A stretch of 64,000 nt of DNA. Origin: Candidatus Daviesbacteria bacterium. GTDB taxonomy: Bacteria > Patescibacteriota > Microgenomatia > Daviesbacterales > UBA10151. Location: positions 930,634 to 994,633 of the forward strand of contig JAQTZF010000001.1 in the NCBI GenBank assembly GCA_028687915.1, given 5' to 3'. Position numbers and translations under genes: made by a program. The notes under the pieces were generated by a model. The model was given only the letters and a program-made list of their open reading frames with translations, ran no database searches and had not been told where the DNA came from. Each line of letters opens with the position of its first letter. The first letter of the stretch is position 1. Positions 29,237-38,595 of the stretch are shown here, one piece after another.

Positions 29237-29695
29237 TTAAGTTTGATGGCCTAACATCAAGTCATTATATTTCTTAACCATACCTCTATACCTATCAAAA
29301 TCAGGCATATGAACTGCTCCCAGGTGATCTTTTTTTGAACATTCCCACATTCCTATTTCAGGCACAAGATAAATATTACCTTTACTGCCAAAACTATAAG
29401 AACCGGGTTCCCAACGCAAAGATCTATGACATGTAAAACACTTGGGTGCAGGCGCTTCCGGTTCTGGTGATGCTTTAAAATCTGAAAAAAGTACAATATG
29501 ACGGCTTGGATCTTTTAGTTCAACTGGTATATCTGCTAAATGAAGTTTGTGTGCAACAGTTCTTAAACCTAGACTTTTTTCTACCAAAAATGCTTCAAGT
29601 TTTGATTGGGGTGTTTCTCGTACCTCGGTCACATTACAGTCAGCTCTTTTAATAACAATAATTTTGGATTCTGTTTTTTCCAAATCAAGACTCAT
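29237..29695 (-). CDS. Hypothetical protein (152 aa) with a Cys/His cluster
   Basis: CFTCH...WEC...H pattern suggests a small metal-binding fold, with no confident family assignment. Confidence 0.4.
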   Translation of the reverse strand: MSLDLEKTESKIIVIKRADCNVTEVRETPQSKLEAFLVEKSLGLRTVAHKLHLADIPVELKDPSRHIVLFSDFKASPEPEAPAPKCFTCHRSLRWEPGSYSFGSKGNIYLVPEIGMWECSKKDHLGAVHMPDFDRYRGMVKKYNDLMLGHQT

Positions 29696-29727
29696 AATTT
29701 AAAATTATAGCACTATCATACTACAAC

Positions 29728-30552
29728 TCAACTTTTAATATTTACTGCTTCTACTACATTTTCCATCAAAGAAATAACAGTCATTGGACCAACACCACCT
29801 GGAACCGGGGTAATTCTGGAAGCTTTATGAGCAACAGATTCAAAATCCACATCCCCTACTACTTTTCCATCTACTTTTTCAGCTCCTACATCTATTACGA
29901 TTACATTGTCTTTTACCATATCTCCAGTAATTAACCCTGGAACACCTGTAGCTGAAATTAATATATCAGCTTGTAAAGTACATTCTTTTAAATTAGTAGT
30001 TTTAGTATCACACACTTCCACATTAGCGTTCATTTTTCTTAAGCTTTCTGCTACTGGTTTTCCTACTAAATTACTAGCTCCTACTACTACCACTTTTTTG
30101 CCTTCAACAGAAATATTTTCATCTTCCAAAATAGAAATAACAGATCTGGCTGTAGCTGATAAAAATTTTCCTTTAGTGGTTAGACCATCAACATCTTTTT
30201 CTCCATCAATAAGCTCCAATAATTCACTATCATTTTTGCCTTTTAAAAATTCTTCAGGTAAAGGCAATTGAACCATAATTCCATCCACACTTTCATCCTG
30301 ATTTAGCTCTTCTATTTTAGAACAAACAACTTCCCACTCGACAAGTGGGGAAGCTAAATGAATTGGTTGGAAGTTGATTCCAATCTCAATAGCTTTTTTT
30401 TGCTTGATGTTAGTATATAAAACAGAAGGAGCGTCTTCTCCTATCAAAAAAGAAACCACTTTTGGGGTTTTATTTAAAGTTTTTATAACTTCTTCTAATT
30501 TTTGCTGTCTTAAGAGGGCAAGCTTTCTGCCATCGATTATGTTATCTTCCAT
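29728..30552 (-). CDS. folD: Bifunctional methylene-THF dehydrogenase / methenyl-THF cyclohydrolase
   Basis: VQLPLP motif and NAD(P)-binding GASNLVGKPVA and TGVPGLITGDMVK motifs. Confidence 0.85.
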   Translation of the reverse strand: MEDNIIDGRKLALLRQQKLEEVIKTLNKTPKVVSFLIGEDAPSVLYTNIKQKKAIEIGINFQPIHLASPLVEWEVVCSKIEELNQDESVDGIMVQLPLPEEFLKGKNDSELLELIDGEKDVDGLTTKGKFLSATARSVISILEDENISVEGKKVVVVGASNLVGKPVAESLRKMNANVEVCDTKTTNLKECTLQADILISATGVPGLITGDMVKDNVIVIDVGAEKVDGKVVGDVDFESVAHKASRITPVPGGVGPMTVISLMENVVEAVNIKS

Positions 30553-30599
30553 GGCTATATCTTATGCTATTTGAGGCTAAAAAACAAATATAGGATTAG

Positions 30600-31889
30600 T
30601 TAATTTATCCCTGGAACAGGGAACTTTTCTGCAAATGTTTTTATTTCTGCTCTAATAATTTTTAAGTTTTTATTTGTGTGTAACTTTTTCTTAGTTTCTT
30701 TTAAGAAATCTTTTCTTAAATCCTGTTCCTGTGGTAAATCTAATCCTCTTATTTCTTCCAAAGCCCTTTTTATCCAACCAGCAATTTTAATCATATCTTT
30801 TTCCTTCATTCCTCTGGTGGTTAAAGCAGGAGTACCTAGTCTTATCCCAGAAGGATAAAAAGGAGAGGCAGGTTCACCAGGAATAGTATTTTTATTTACA
30901 GTAATACCTGCTTCTTCCAAAGCATATTGAGCCTGATAACCCATTCCATAACCATAACTGGTCAAAGGCATTAGTACCAGATGAACTTCTGAGGTTGTAT
31001 CTAATTCTTTTGCCAAAACAGCAGCATTTTTTGCAACTTGAGCAGCATATTTTTTAAAAGAAGGCTGTAAAGCTTCTTCTAGAGATACTGCAATAGCAGC
31101 AGTTTGATGATTATGAGGTCCACCCTGTAAACCTGGAATAATTGCTCTTTCAATTTTAGATTTAATTTCCGGATCTTTTTTTAAGCCTCTTTCAGTCACC
31201 ATTACCATAGCTCCTCTTGGACCCCTTAAAGTTTTATGAGTTGTGGTTGTAATAATATCAGCAAAGGGGGCAGGAGATTCATGTACTCCTCCTACAATTA
31301 AACCTGCAATATGAGCAATATCTGCAACCAATGTTGCCCCAACTTTATCTGCAATTTTTCTAAATTTTTTATAATCTAGTTTATAGGGATAAGCTGTTGT
31401 TCCTGCCCAAATTAATTTTGGTTTATGTTTTAGTGCTAAAGCTTCTAGCTCTTCAAAATCTATTTTCCAGTCTTTACCAACATTATAATTAACTGCTTTA
31501 TAAAAAATACTGGAAAAACTTAAATTAGCTCCATGGGTTAAATGCCCTCCTGAAGAAAGAGCTAACCCCATTACGGTATCCCCTGGACTACATACAGCCA
31601 TGGTTACAGCCATATTGGCAGGGGAACCGGAATAAGATTGGACTAAAGCAACCGGCACATTAAATAACTTTTTAGCCAAATCAACTGCATAATTTTCTAT
31701 TTCATCAATCACTTCATTCCCACCATAATACCTTCTGCCAGGAAAACCTTCAGAATATTTATTTGTGAGTATTGAACCAAGTGCTTTTAAAACATCTGAG
31801 GACACATAGTTTTCAGACGGAATCATCTCCAAGCCTGTAACTTGTCTTATCTTTTCTTTTTCAATTAAAGGAAACACCTTGCTTGCCAT
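30600..31889 (-). CDS. glyA: Serine hydroxymethyltransferase
   Basis: PLP-lysine motif TTTTHKTLRGPRG and N-terminal LEMIPSENYVS. Confidence 0.9.
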   Translation of the reverse strand: MASKVFPLIEKEKIRQVTGLEMIPSENYVSSDVLKALGSILTNKYSEGFPGRRYYGGNEVIDEIENYAVDLAKKLFNVPVALVQSYSGSPANMAVTMAVCSPGDTVMGLALSSGGHLTHGANLSFSSIFYKAVNYNVGKDWKIDFEELEALALKHKPKLIWAGTTAYPYKLDYKKFRKIADKVGATLVADIAHIAGLIVGGVHESPAPFADIITTTTHKTLRGPRGAMVMVTERGLKKDPEIKSKIERAIIPGLQGGPHNHQTAAIAVSLEEALQPSFKKYAAQVAKNAAVLAKELDTTSEVHLVLMPLTSYGYGMGYQAQYALEEAGITVNKNTIPGEPASPFYPSGIRLGTPALTTRGMKEKDMIKIAGWIKRALEEIRGLDLPQEQDLRKDFLKETKKKLHTNKNLKIIRAEIKTFAEKFPVPGIN

Positions 31890-31931
31890 AATTTTTACTA
31901 TCTTAATTCATTAATCTTAAATCGTAAACAA

Positions 31932-33509
31932 CTAGTTTATAGTTTCTGAATTAAAGATTTCTGCAGCGATTCTGACAATCTCATCATCAGCTGCTACTTC
32001 TATATTAGATACCTCTTCTCTTTGAACAGGTCTTTTTCCTAAAGCAGTAGCAACCTTAATTTGTCTGCCTAAAATATCTGAAAAAACAGACTCCAATAAA
32101 TCTCTTGATTTTGCAGACTCTAAAATTCTCTGATGAAAAGCATAAGGCACTTCCACTACCACGCTGCTTTCTCCACATTCCAAAATCTTTGATGAACGCA
32201 TCAAAGCTTCAAGTGAAAAGTTATATGCTTTAACAGTTTCCAAAATATAATTCCATCGTTCTGCAATTTTTTGGAGGTCAGAAGAATCTGGATTATCAGA
32301 GTCTTGGAGTGTCTGAGTATCGGCAATTTCAGGTTCACCAACCTGCTGCTCCACCAGCTCTCTGACTTTCTGACTTTCTGTCTCTTGCTGAAGATCGTCA
32401 GATCGCAAGCTCTGCTTATCTGATCTCACCTGCTTCTCTACTCCACAGCTTTCAACTAAAGCAATTTCCAAAGGTAAAATTGGAATTGAAGTATACCTGG
32501 CCTGTTCTAAACTAGTTTGAATGTTATTGATGATAAAAACCACCTGATCAGTTTCAAAACTTGCTGCGATATCACAAAGTTGTTGATATTTTTCTTCACT
32601 ATTTTCTGCTTTAACAAATCTTTCTCCTAATCCATTTTTTATATATAAAATTTGCCTGAGACTATCTAAAAGAGATAATGTTAATTCTTTAATATTTATT
32701 CCAGTTTGAATCTGCTCATTCAACTTATCTAAAACATCAGATGATTTTTTTAGAGAAATACTTTTTAATAGATTTAATGTTTGGCTAAAATCTCCAGAAC
32801 CCAATCCTTCAAGTACTATCTTACTATCAATTTTTTTAAAAGAAGACAATTGGTCTAAAAATTTAATTGCATCACGAAAACTCCCTCCAGCTTTTTTAGC
32901 AAGTGTTAATACTGCCTCTTCATCAATTTCAATCTCTTCTAATGCAGCTGCTTTTTTTATTAACTCTGCAGCTTCTGTGACTGTTGCTTGTTTAAAATCA
33001 ATCCGCGTTACCCGGGATAAAATAGTTGCAGGAATCTTTTGGACTTCCGTAGTCGCTAAAATAAAAATAACATGACTAGGGGGCTCTTCTAGGGTTTTTA
33101 AAAGGGCATTAAATGCATCCCCCGAAAGCATGTGCACCTCATCAATTATGTAGACCTTTTTCTTTAAAGAAGATGCTGCAAGTTTAATAGTATCTTTTAA
33201 ATTTCTAATATCTTCTATACCACGATTGGATGCTGCATCCATTTCAATCACATCCATGTTGGTGCCTTGGGTGATTGATAAACAAGCATCACATCTATTA
33301 CAAGGAATCACACCCTCCTTTGCCTCACAATTAACCATCTTGGCTAAGATTCTGGCAGTAGAAGTTTTACCAGTTCCACGGGGTCCACAAAAAAGATAAG
33401 CATGAGCTAATTTTTGGGCCTTAAAAGCAGATAGTAATGAATTTTTTGCAGTCTGTTGACCAATTAATTCATCAAGGGTTTGTGAGCGATATTTCCTGTA
33501 GAGAACCAT
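31932..33509 (-). CDS. dnaX: DNA polymerase III subunit gamma/tau
   Basis: Walker A GPRGTGKTS, zinc module CNRCDAC, and SRC/sensor motifs (ILATTEVQKIPATILSR). Confidence 0.85.
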   Translation of the reverse strand: MVLYRKYRSQTLDELIGQQTAKNSLLSAFKAQKLAHAYLFCGPRGTGKTSTARILAKMVNCEAKEGVIPCNRCDACLSITQGTNMDVIEMDAASNRGIEDIRNLKDTIKLAASSLKKKVYIIDEVHMLSGDAFNALLKTLEEPPSHVIFILATTEVQKIPATILSRVTRIDFKQATVTEAAELIKKAAALEEIEIDEEAVLTLAKKAGGSFRDAIKFLDQLSSFKKIDSKIVLEGLGSGDFSQTLNLLKSISLKKSSDVLDKLNEQIQTGINIKELTLSLLDSLRQILYIKNGLGERFVKAENSEEKYQQLCDIAASFETDQVVFIINNIQTSLEQARYTSIPILPLEIALVESCGVEKQVRSDKQSLRSDDLQQETESQKVRELVEQQVGEPEIADTQTLQDSDNPDSSDLQKIAERWNYILETVKAYNFSLEALMRSSKILECGESSVVVEVPYAFHQRILESAKSRDLLESVFSDILGRQIKVATALGKRPVQREEVSNIEVAADDEIVRIAAEIFNSETIN

Positions 33510-33589
33510 AAGCAGCTATTAGTCTACATTTTTCAAAGAAGAGATGAAAGATAGTAAATTGGATTACAATCCTGAGCGTAGTCGAAGGG

Positions 33590-33979
33590 TTAGTCGTGAT
33601 GGATGCCCAATAAATGGGTAGTTCCGTGAGTCACCAAAAAATTAACTTCATCTTCAATTGATTTTCCATCTAAGGACGCGTCTTCTATAGCCTGAGGATA
33701 TGAAATAACAATAGATCCTAAACGTAAAATATTATCAGGAAAAGCAATAAATCCTGTACCATTTCCTTCTTCTAAACAAAATGATAAAACATCTGTCGTT
33801 TTATCAATCCCGCGGTATTTTTTATTTAATTCATGCATTTTTCTGTCCCCCACTACAGATACTTCAACTTCTACATGACTGGTGACTTTATGTTGAGCTA
33901 GTACATCAATAACAGCATCCTGAACTGCAGCGCGATTAACTTCATATCTGGGATCTGATGTAATAATTACGTTAACCAT
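33590..33979 (-). CDS. ybeY: Endoribonuclease YbeY (rRNA maturation factor)
   Basis: C-terminal metal-binding motif HGTTHLLGIHHD (HxxxHxxGxxH) and upstream DVLSF. Confidence 0.85.
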   Translation of the reverse strand: MVNVIITSDPRYEVNRAAVQDAVIDVLAQHKVTSHVEVEVSVVGDRKMHELNKKYRGIDKTTDVLSFCLEEGNGTGFIAFPDNILRLGSIVISYPQAIEDASLDGKSIEDEVNFLVTHGTTHLLGIHHD

Positions 33980-34438
33980 TTAACCTTGACCTAACTTTTC
34001 TTTAACTAACATAGAAATTCTTGAACCATCTGCAGAACCTTTTACTTTACTCATAACAATACCAATTACCTTACCCATATCACTTATTCCAGTGGCACCT
34101 GTTTGGGAAATTGCTTCATCAATCATTATTTTTAATTCCTCATCTGATAATTGTTTGGGTAAATATTGCGACAATATTTCTGCCTCATTTTCTTCTTTTA
34201 ATGCACTCTCTTCTCTGCCGCCCTGTCTAAAACCATCTGCAGCTTCTTTTCTCTTTTTCACTTCTTTTTGGATAACTGTGATTATTTCTTCATCAGAAAG
34301 TGGTTTATCTTCACCCTCATTTTTCTTAATTTGAACATAACGAATTTCTGATAAGAGAAGCCTTAAGGTATTAACCTTGGCTTCGTTTTTATCAAGTTGC
34401 GATTGCCTTAAATCTTGTTGTAGATCTTCAAATAACAT
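33980..34438 (-). CDS. GatB/YqeY domain protein
   Basis: N-terminal LKEAMKAKD-like pattern (DLRQSQLDKNEAKVNTLRLLLSEI) and C-terminal GKVIGIVMSKVKG. Confidence 0.75.
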   Translation of the reverse strand: MLFEDLQQDLRQSQLDKNEAKVNTLRLLLSEIRYVQIKKNEGEDKPLSDEEIITVIQKEVKKRKEAADGFRQGGREESALKEENEAEILSQYLPKQLSDEELKIMIDEAISQTGATGISDMGKVIGIVMSKVKGSADGSRISMLVKEKLGQG

Positions 34439-34635
34439 TAGCTGTTAAAACTCCTGGCCCTCATAATTTTTCTAAGGCGGGTAGCTCTTCTTTCTTGTCT
34501 TTTTTCAGAATCACTTTTATGATATTCACGATCTCGATATTCCTGAATGACGTTTTCTAGTGCTACTTTTTTTTGAAATTTACGAATTACAGCATCGGTA
34601 GTATCTTTTGGTCCTTTACGAACTATTATTGACAT
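34438..34635 (-). CDS. rpsU: 30S ribosomal protein S21
   Basis: 65 aa, basic, with the conserved ...EKRQERRATRLRKIMRAR tail. Confidence 0.85.
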   Translation of the reverse strand: MSIIVRKGPKDTTDAVIRKFQKKVALENVIQEYRDREYHKSDSEKRQERRATRLRKIMRARSFNS

Positions 34636-34642
34636 TTTTGTT

Positions 34643-34661
34643 GCGTTTTTTAATAAAACGC
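34643..34661 (-). promoter_or_regulatory. Perfect 7-bp hairpin (GCGTTTT-TTAAT-AAAACGC) between the rpsU SD and start codon
   Basis: On the minus strand: AAAAGGAGGTG...(hairpin)...AACAAAA-ATG. The SD is about 36 nt from the ATG unless the hairpin folds. Confidence 0.4.
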
Positions 34662-34720
34662 TATAAATGACACCTCCTTTTACTTTGTTGGATAATTGTA
34701 CTACTTTTTTGTAAGAGAAT

Positions 34721-35749
34721 CTAGGCCGCTAAATTTGAAACCAATGTTTTAAGCTTATCGAGTGTTTTAATTTGTCTTAAACTATGCTTTAAATGCAATC
34801 TTGGTTCTTCTTGTTCAAATTGCGCTTTCATCCTGGCATCCTGAATTTTATCAACTTCTGCTTGTAATTCCGGGTCTGTAACTTCAACACCTTCTAATCT
34901 GGCAACTTCTGATAAACCAAGCTCCATTTTTACATTCTTTTCTGCTTGTACTTTCCATTCTTCTTTTAAACTTTCAATCGTTTTGTTTTGGCCTTTTAAA
35001 TAATCTTCAAGTAACAATCCCATATCTGCCACTCTTTTTTGAAGTTGCACTAACATCCTGTTTAATTCATCTGTAACTAATATTTCTGGAACATCAACAG
35101 TAGTAATTGCTTCAACTTGTTGCAAAATTAATTCTTCATAATCTAATTCATTATTATATTTTGCTTCATTTTCCAAGTCTGCTTTTAATTTTGTTTTTAA
35201 ATCAGCTAAGCTTAAAGCACCTACTGCTTTGGCAAAATTATCATCAGGCGTTTCTGAAACCGGGGTAACTGGTGTACCAACTGAAGGCTGTCTGGTTTTC
35301 CACCTCTTAAACATTTCTTCAATCATTTTATTTACATCTTCATCAGTAATAACTTTTGGAGCAGGTTTTGAAACCTTAATACCTTTGTAATTTCCCACAG
35401 TTATTTGTGGTTTTTGAGTAACAAGAGCTTTAAAGACAAGTGGTTGTCCTTTTGCAAAAGAAACAAGTTGATATTTAGGATAATCAATAGGAACTACGTT
35501 GCTTCCTTGTAATGCTTCAACCAAAGCTTGTGGCATCACAATCTTAAAAAATTCATCATTTAATTTTGTACCAAGATTTTGTTCTGCCATAGCAGGGGGG
35601 ACCTGACCTTTTCTAAAACCAGGCAGTTCAAGTTCTGCTGTTAGATGTTGCAAGGCTTCGTTCCATTTTGGTTCTAAATCTGCCCATGGAACTGTCACAG
35701 AAATTTCAACAACAGATTTTGGTTGATTTACAATATTTTTAGTAACCAT
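34721..35749 (-). CDS. tig: Trigger factor (short form, apparently lacking the FKBP PPIase domain)
   Basis: N-terminal ribosome-binding signature GFRKGQVP. Only 342 aa, and no FKBP-type core recognisable. Confidence 0.75.
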   Translation of the reverse strand: MVTKNIVNQPKSVVEISVTVPWADLEPKWNEALQHLTAELELPGFRKGQVPPAMAEQNLGTKLNDEFFKIVMPQALVEALQGSNVVPIDYPKYQLVSFAKGQPLVFKALVTQKPQITVGNYKGIKVSKPAPKVITDEDVNKMIEEMFKRWKTRQPSVGTPVTPVSETPDDNFAKAVGALSLADLKTKLKADLENEAKYNNELDYEELILQQVEAITTVDVPEILVTDELNRMLVQLQKRVADMGLLLEDYLKGQNKTIESLKEEWKVQAEKNVKMELGLSEVARLEGVEVTDPELQAEVDKIQDARMKAQFEQEEPRLHLKHSLRQIKTLDKLKTLVSNLAA

Positions 35750-35841
35750 ATCTTGTGTAATTTAACAGAAATTAATAATAAAATCAATCAGAAAACCAAT
35801 TAATTGACATAAAAGTAAAACATGATAATATATTTTCAACC

Positions 35842-36270
35842 ATGAGCAACCGCACAGAAACTATTAAAATATGTTTAAATGATGAGGGAGAAGGTGAAGC
35901 AGCAAATAAATTAGTGGCCATATTGCCTCCTACTGAACAGAGAATTTACCTTGGTAAACCAGAAAGTTCTCTTCAAAATATAAAGGCTTTAAGTAAAATC
36001 AATGCTGTCAAAACCCTTCCTCTCTGCGGTGCCTCAGCTTTGACTCTTATTGATGGTGTGGTTAGATTTGGAACTGCTTTAACTACTCCTGACTGGTTGA
36101 CATTCATAGGAGCAGGAACAGAAATTGGAGTAAGTATTGGGGCAGGGATTCTTAGTTATGGATATTATCTAAGACACGAGAATATACTTTACAGTATTGA
36201 AGTTGCTTTAACAAATAAAATTAAAACCAGTCTTTTACAAAACCTTGACCAACACCCTTCTATAGATTAG
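35842..36270 (+). CDS. Hypothetical protein (142 aa)
   Basis: ORF divergent from tig with no motifs assigned. Confidence 0.35.
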   Translation: MSNRTETIKICLNDEGEGEAANKLVAILPPTEQRIYLGKPESSLQNIKALSKINAVKTLPLCGASALTLIDGVVRFGTALTTPDWLTFIGAGTEIGVSIGAGILSYGYYLRHENILYSIEVALTNKIKTSLLQNLDQHPSID

Positions 36271-37511
36271 CTTTTAGCCAGTAATTTAAGTAGATCTTCT
36301 AAACTCATAAATTCTGTGGTTTTTTCATTCCTTTTCTTAACTTCTAATTTACCTTCAGTCTTTTTAGAGATAACTATTCTATAAGGGATACCTACTAAAT
36401 CAGCTGTAGCAAATTTTTCTCCAGCTGAAACATCTACTCTATCATCAAATAGAACCTCTATTCCTTCTGTTTGTAATTGTTTATAAACTTTTTCTGCTTC
36501 TGATTTGATATTTTCTTCACTTTGATCTAAACCTATCAGATGAATCTTAAAAGGGGCCACACTCTCTGGCCAAATAATTCCTTTCTCATCATTAAATTTT
36601 TCTACAATTACTCCCATCACCCTGGAGATTCCCAAGCCATAACAACCCATGATAGGAAAGGATTTTTTTCCTTCTCTATCTAAGAAAGAAAGATTAAAGT
36701 CTTTTCCATATTTTTGACCCAGATCAAAAACATTACCTACTTCTGATGCTTTTGCTTGGTCCAATTTACCCCCACACCTTGGGCATGGATCACCGACCTT
36801 CATTTTGGCAATTTCGACATTTACACAAAAATCACAATCTGAACAATATAAAATATCATCCTCTCCTGCATCAGTTAAAACCATAAACTCATAGGAAATT
36901 TTTTCGGAAAAGCTACCACCAGAAGCTTCTGTTACTTTTGCTGTTAAACCAAGTTTTTCATAAATTTTTAAATATGATTTTTTAACAGTTTCATAATATT
37001 TCAAAAAATCTTCCTGTGTTTCATGAAAGCTATACATGTCTTTCATATAAAATTCTCTCCCTCTTAATATTCCTGACTTTGCCCTAAGTTCATCTCTAAA
37101 TTTCCAGTGAATTTGATAAACAGAAAGCGGTAAATCTTTATATGTATTAACCCTGCTCATTACCAAAGGAGTAACAACTTCTTCCTCACTTTGGCCCAAA
37201 GCATATTCTTTTTCTGTTCTGCTGTTAATTTTAAATAATACATCAATTTTTCCCCAGCCACCTGTTGTTTCCCAAATTGATTTAGGATGTAAAATAGGCA
37301 TTAAAACTTCCTGGCCTTCCACTGCATCCATTTCTTCTCTGACAATTTGTTCAATCTTGTTAAGAACTCTTAAACCTAAAGGCAAATAGCTGTAAACTCC
37401 AGCCATAAGCTGATCAACAAATCCAGCCTGAGTTAGTAGTTTATGATTTATAGTTTCAGCTTCTTTTGGAGGCTGTCTTAATGTCTTAGAAAAAAGTTTT
37501 GAATATTTCAT
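36267..37511 (-). CDS. proS: Proline--tRNA ligase, bacterial type without INS editing domain, with zinc-ribbon insertion
   Basis: N-terminus aligns to bacterial ProRS (KLLTQAGFVDQLMAGVYSYLPLGLRVLNKIEQIVREEM). Class II motifs present. 414 aa. Inserted CSDCDFC...CPRCGG cluster. Confidence 0.85.
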   Translation of the reverse strand: MKYSKLFSKTLRQPPKEAETINHKLLTQAGFVDQLMAGVYSYLPLGLRVLNKIEQIVREEMDAVEGQEVLMPILHPKSIWETTGGWGKIDVLFKINSRTEKEYALGQSEEEVVTPLVMSRVNTYKDLPLSVYQIHWKFRDELRAKSGILRGREFYMKDMYSFHETQEDFLKYYETVKKSYLKIYEKLGLTAKVTEASGGSFSEKISYEFMVLTDAGEDDILYCSDCDFCVNVEIAKMKVGDPCPRCGGKLDQAKASEVGNVFDLGQKYGKDFNLSFLDREGKKSFPIMGCYGLGISRVMGVIVEKFNDEKGIIWPESVAPFKIHLIGLDQSEENIKSEAEKVYKQLQTEGIEVLFDDRVDVSAGEKFATADLVGIPYRIVISKKTEGKLEVKKRNEKTTEFMSLEDLLKLLAKS

Positions 37512-37539
37512 ATTAGTATTCTACCTCATTTCCCTATAA

Positions 37540-38547
37540 TTATGGTATTGATGTTGCAGAAGGAGTTCCAGAGCTACTGGTTGCTTCCCTTTCTACTAAT
37601 ATCTCAAAAGCAGACTGGCTCTTAACCTTATGACTGCTTGTAGGTGAGGGTGTTAAAGTTTGGGTGGGAACTGATGCAGATGTGGTTTGCCCTGACTGTA
37701 CTGGATTGGTGGGTGAAGCAGGAGGATTAGAATTTACTGAAAAGTTTCCTGCCCCATTGTTTTGTGCAGCTAAATTTGCAAGCCTTCTTTGCAACTCTGC
37801 AAGTACTGTATCACAAGCAGATAAATTACTGGCAGAACATTGTCCAATAAGATTAGGGTCACATTGCAAGTTTAGATTCCAGTCTGCAGATACAACTACT
37901 TTCTCTATTCCATCACAAGAATTTGTATATTCAGTGATTAAAAGAAGATGAGTATTTTGATAATTTGTAAAACCTGTTGTTCCACCACATTGTGAGTAGT
38001 CTCTGGAAGTAACTGTACATTGTGCAGGAGTAGAAGTTGGGATTGGGGTTGGTGATATAGTGGGAGCTTGTGAAATAGATGGTATAGGAGTCACAGATAC
38101 AGTTGTAGTAGTAGAAACACTTTGTTTAGTCTTAGAGGTTTTTGATACTTGTTGTAAATTTTGTCTATAAGTTGTTATTTGTTTTGATAAATCATTTGCC
38201 AACTTCTTTTTCAAAGCCGGGTCTGAAACACTATTTATATCTGCACTGGCGTTTGCTGTTGCACTAAGCATTTCTACGAGTGATGCATTAGCCTGCGTTT
38301 GGTCTGTGTTATTTCTTTCCAAAACTGTAATTGCTTCTTTAAAGCGTCTATTAGACAGATCCGTTTTAAAATATGCTGCTGTGATGGGATTAAACGAAAG
38401 AATGCTTTGCAAAACTCCTTCCATACCTCGCTTAACCGGATAAGCAGTGTCCCCTGGGTTTGCATTTTGAGAAGCTAAAATTAAAGTAGTTGGAAAAGCC
38501 AGAACAATAATCACAACTAAAAAAATCTTACTTAATATTCCCCACAT
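37540..38547 (-). CDS. Secreted/anchored S/T/P-rich protein with Cys-rich central domain
   Basis: N-terminal signal/anchor helix, two T/P-rich linkers, and an 8-Cys central domain. Confidence 0.45.
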   Translation of the reverse strand: MWGILSKIFLVVIIVLAFPTTLILASQNANPGDTAYPVKRGMEGVLQSILSFNPITAAYFKTDLSNRRFKEAITVLERNNTDQTQANASLVEMLSATANASADINSVSDPALKKKLANDLSKQITTYRQNLQQVSKTSKTKQSVSTTTTVSVTPIPSISQAPTISPTPIPTSTPAQCTVTSRDYSQCGGTTGFTNYQNTHLLLITEYTNSCDGIEKVVVSADWNLNLQCDPNLIGQCSASNLSACDTVLAELQRRLANLAAQNNGAGNFSVNSNPPASPTNPVQSGQTTSASVPTQTLTPSPTSSHKVKSQSAFEILVEREATSSSGTPSATSIP

Positions 38548-38595
38548 ACTATATTAATCATAGACTAAATAATTCAAAAAACAAGAAAAATTAGT

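Noticed and set aside
33568-33594. CAATCCTGAGCGTAGTCGAAGGGTTAG next to the ybeY stop, resembling one arm of the palindromic element found in rarA
   Set aside because: Only a half-site, with several mismatches and no partner arm. It could be chance similarity or a decayed relic, so it is not reported as a feature.
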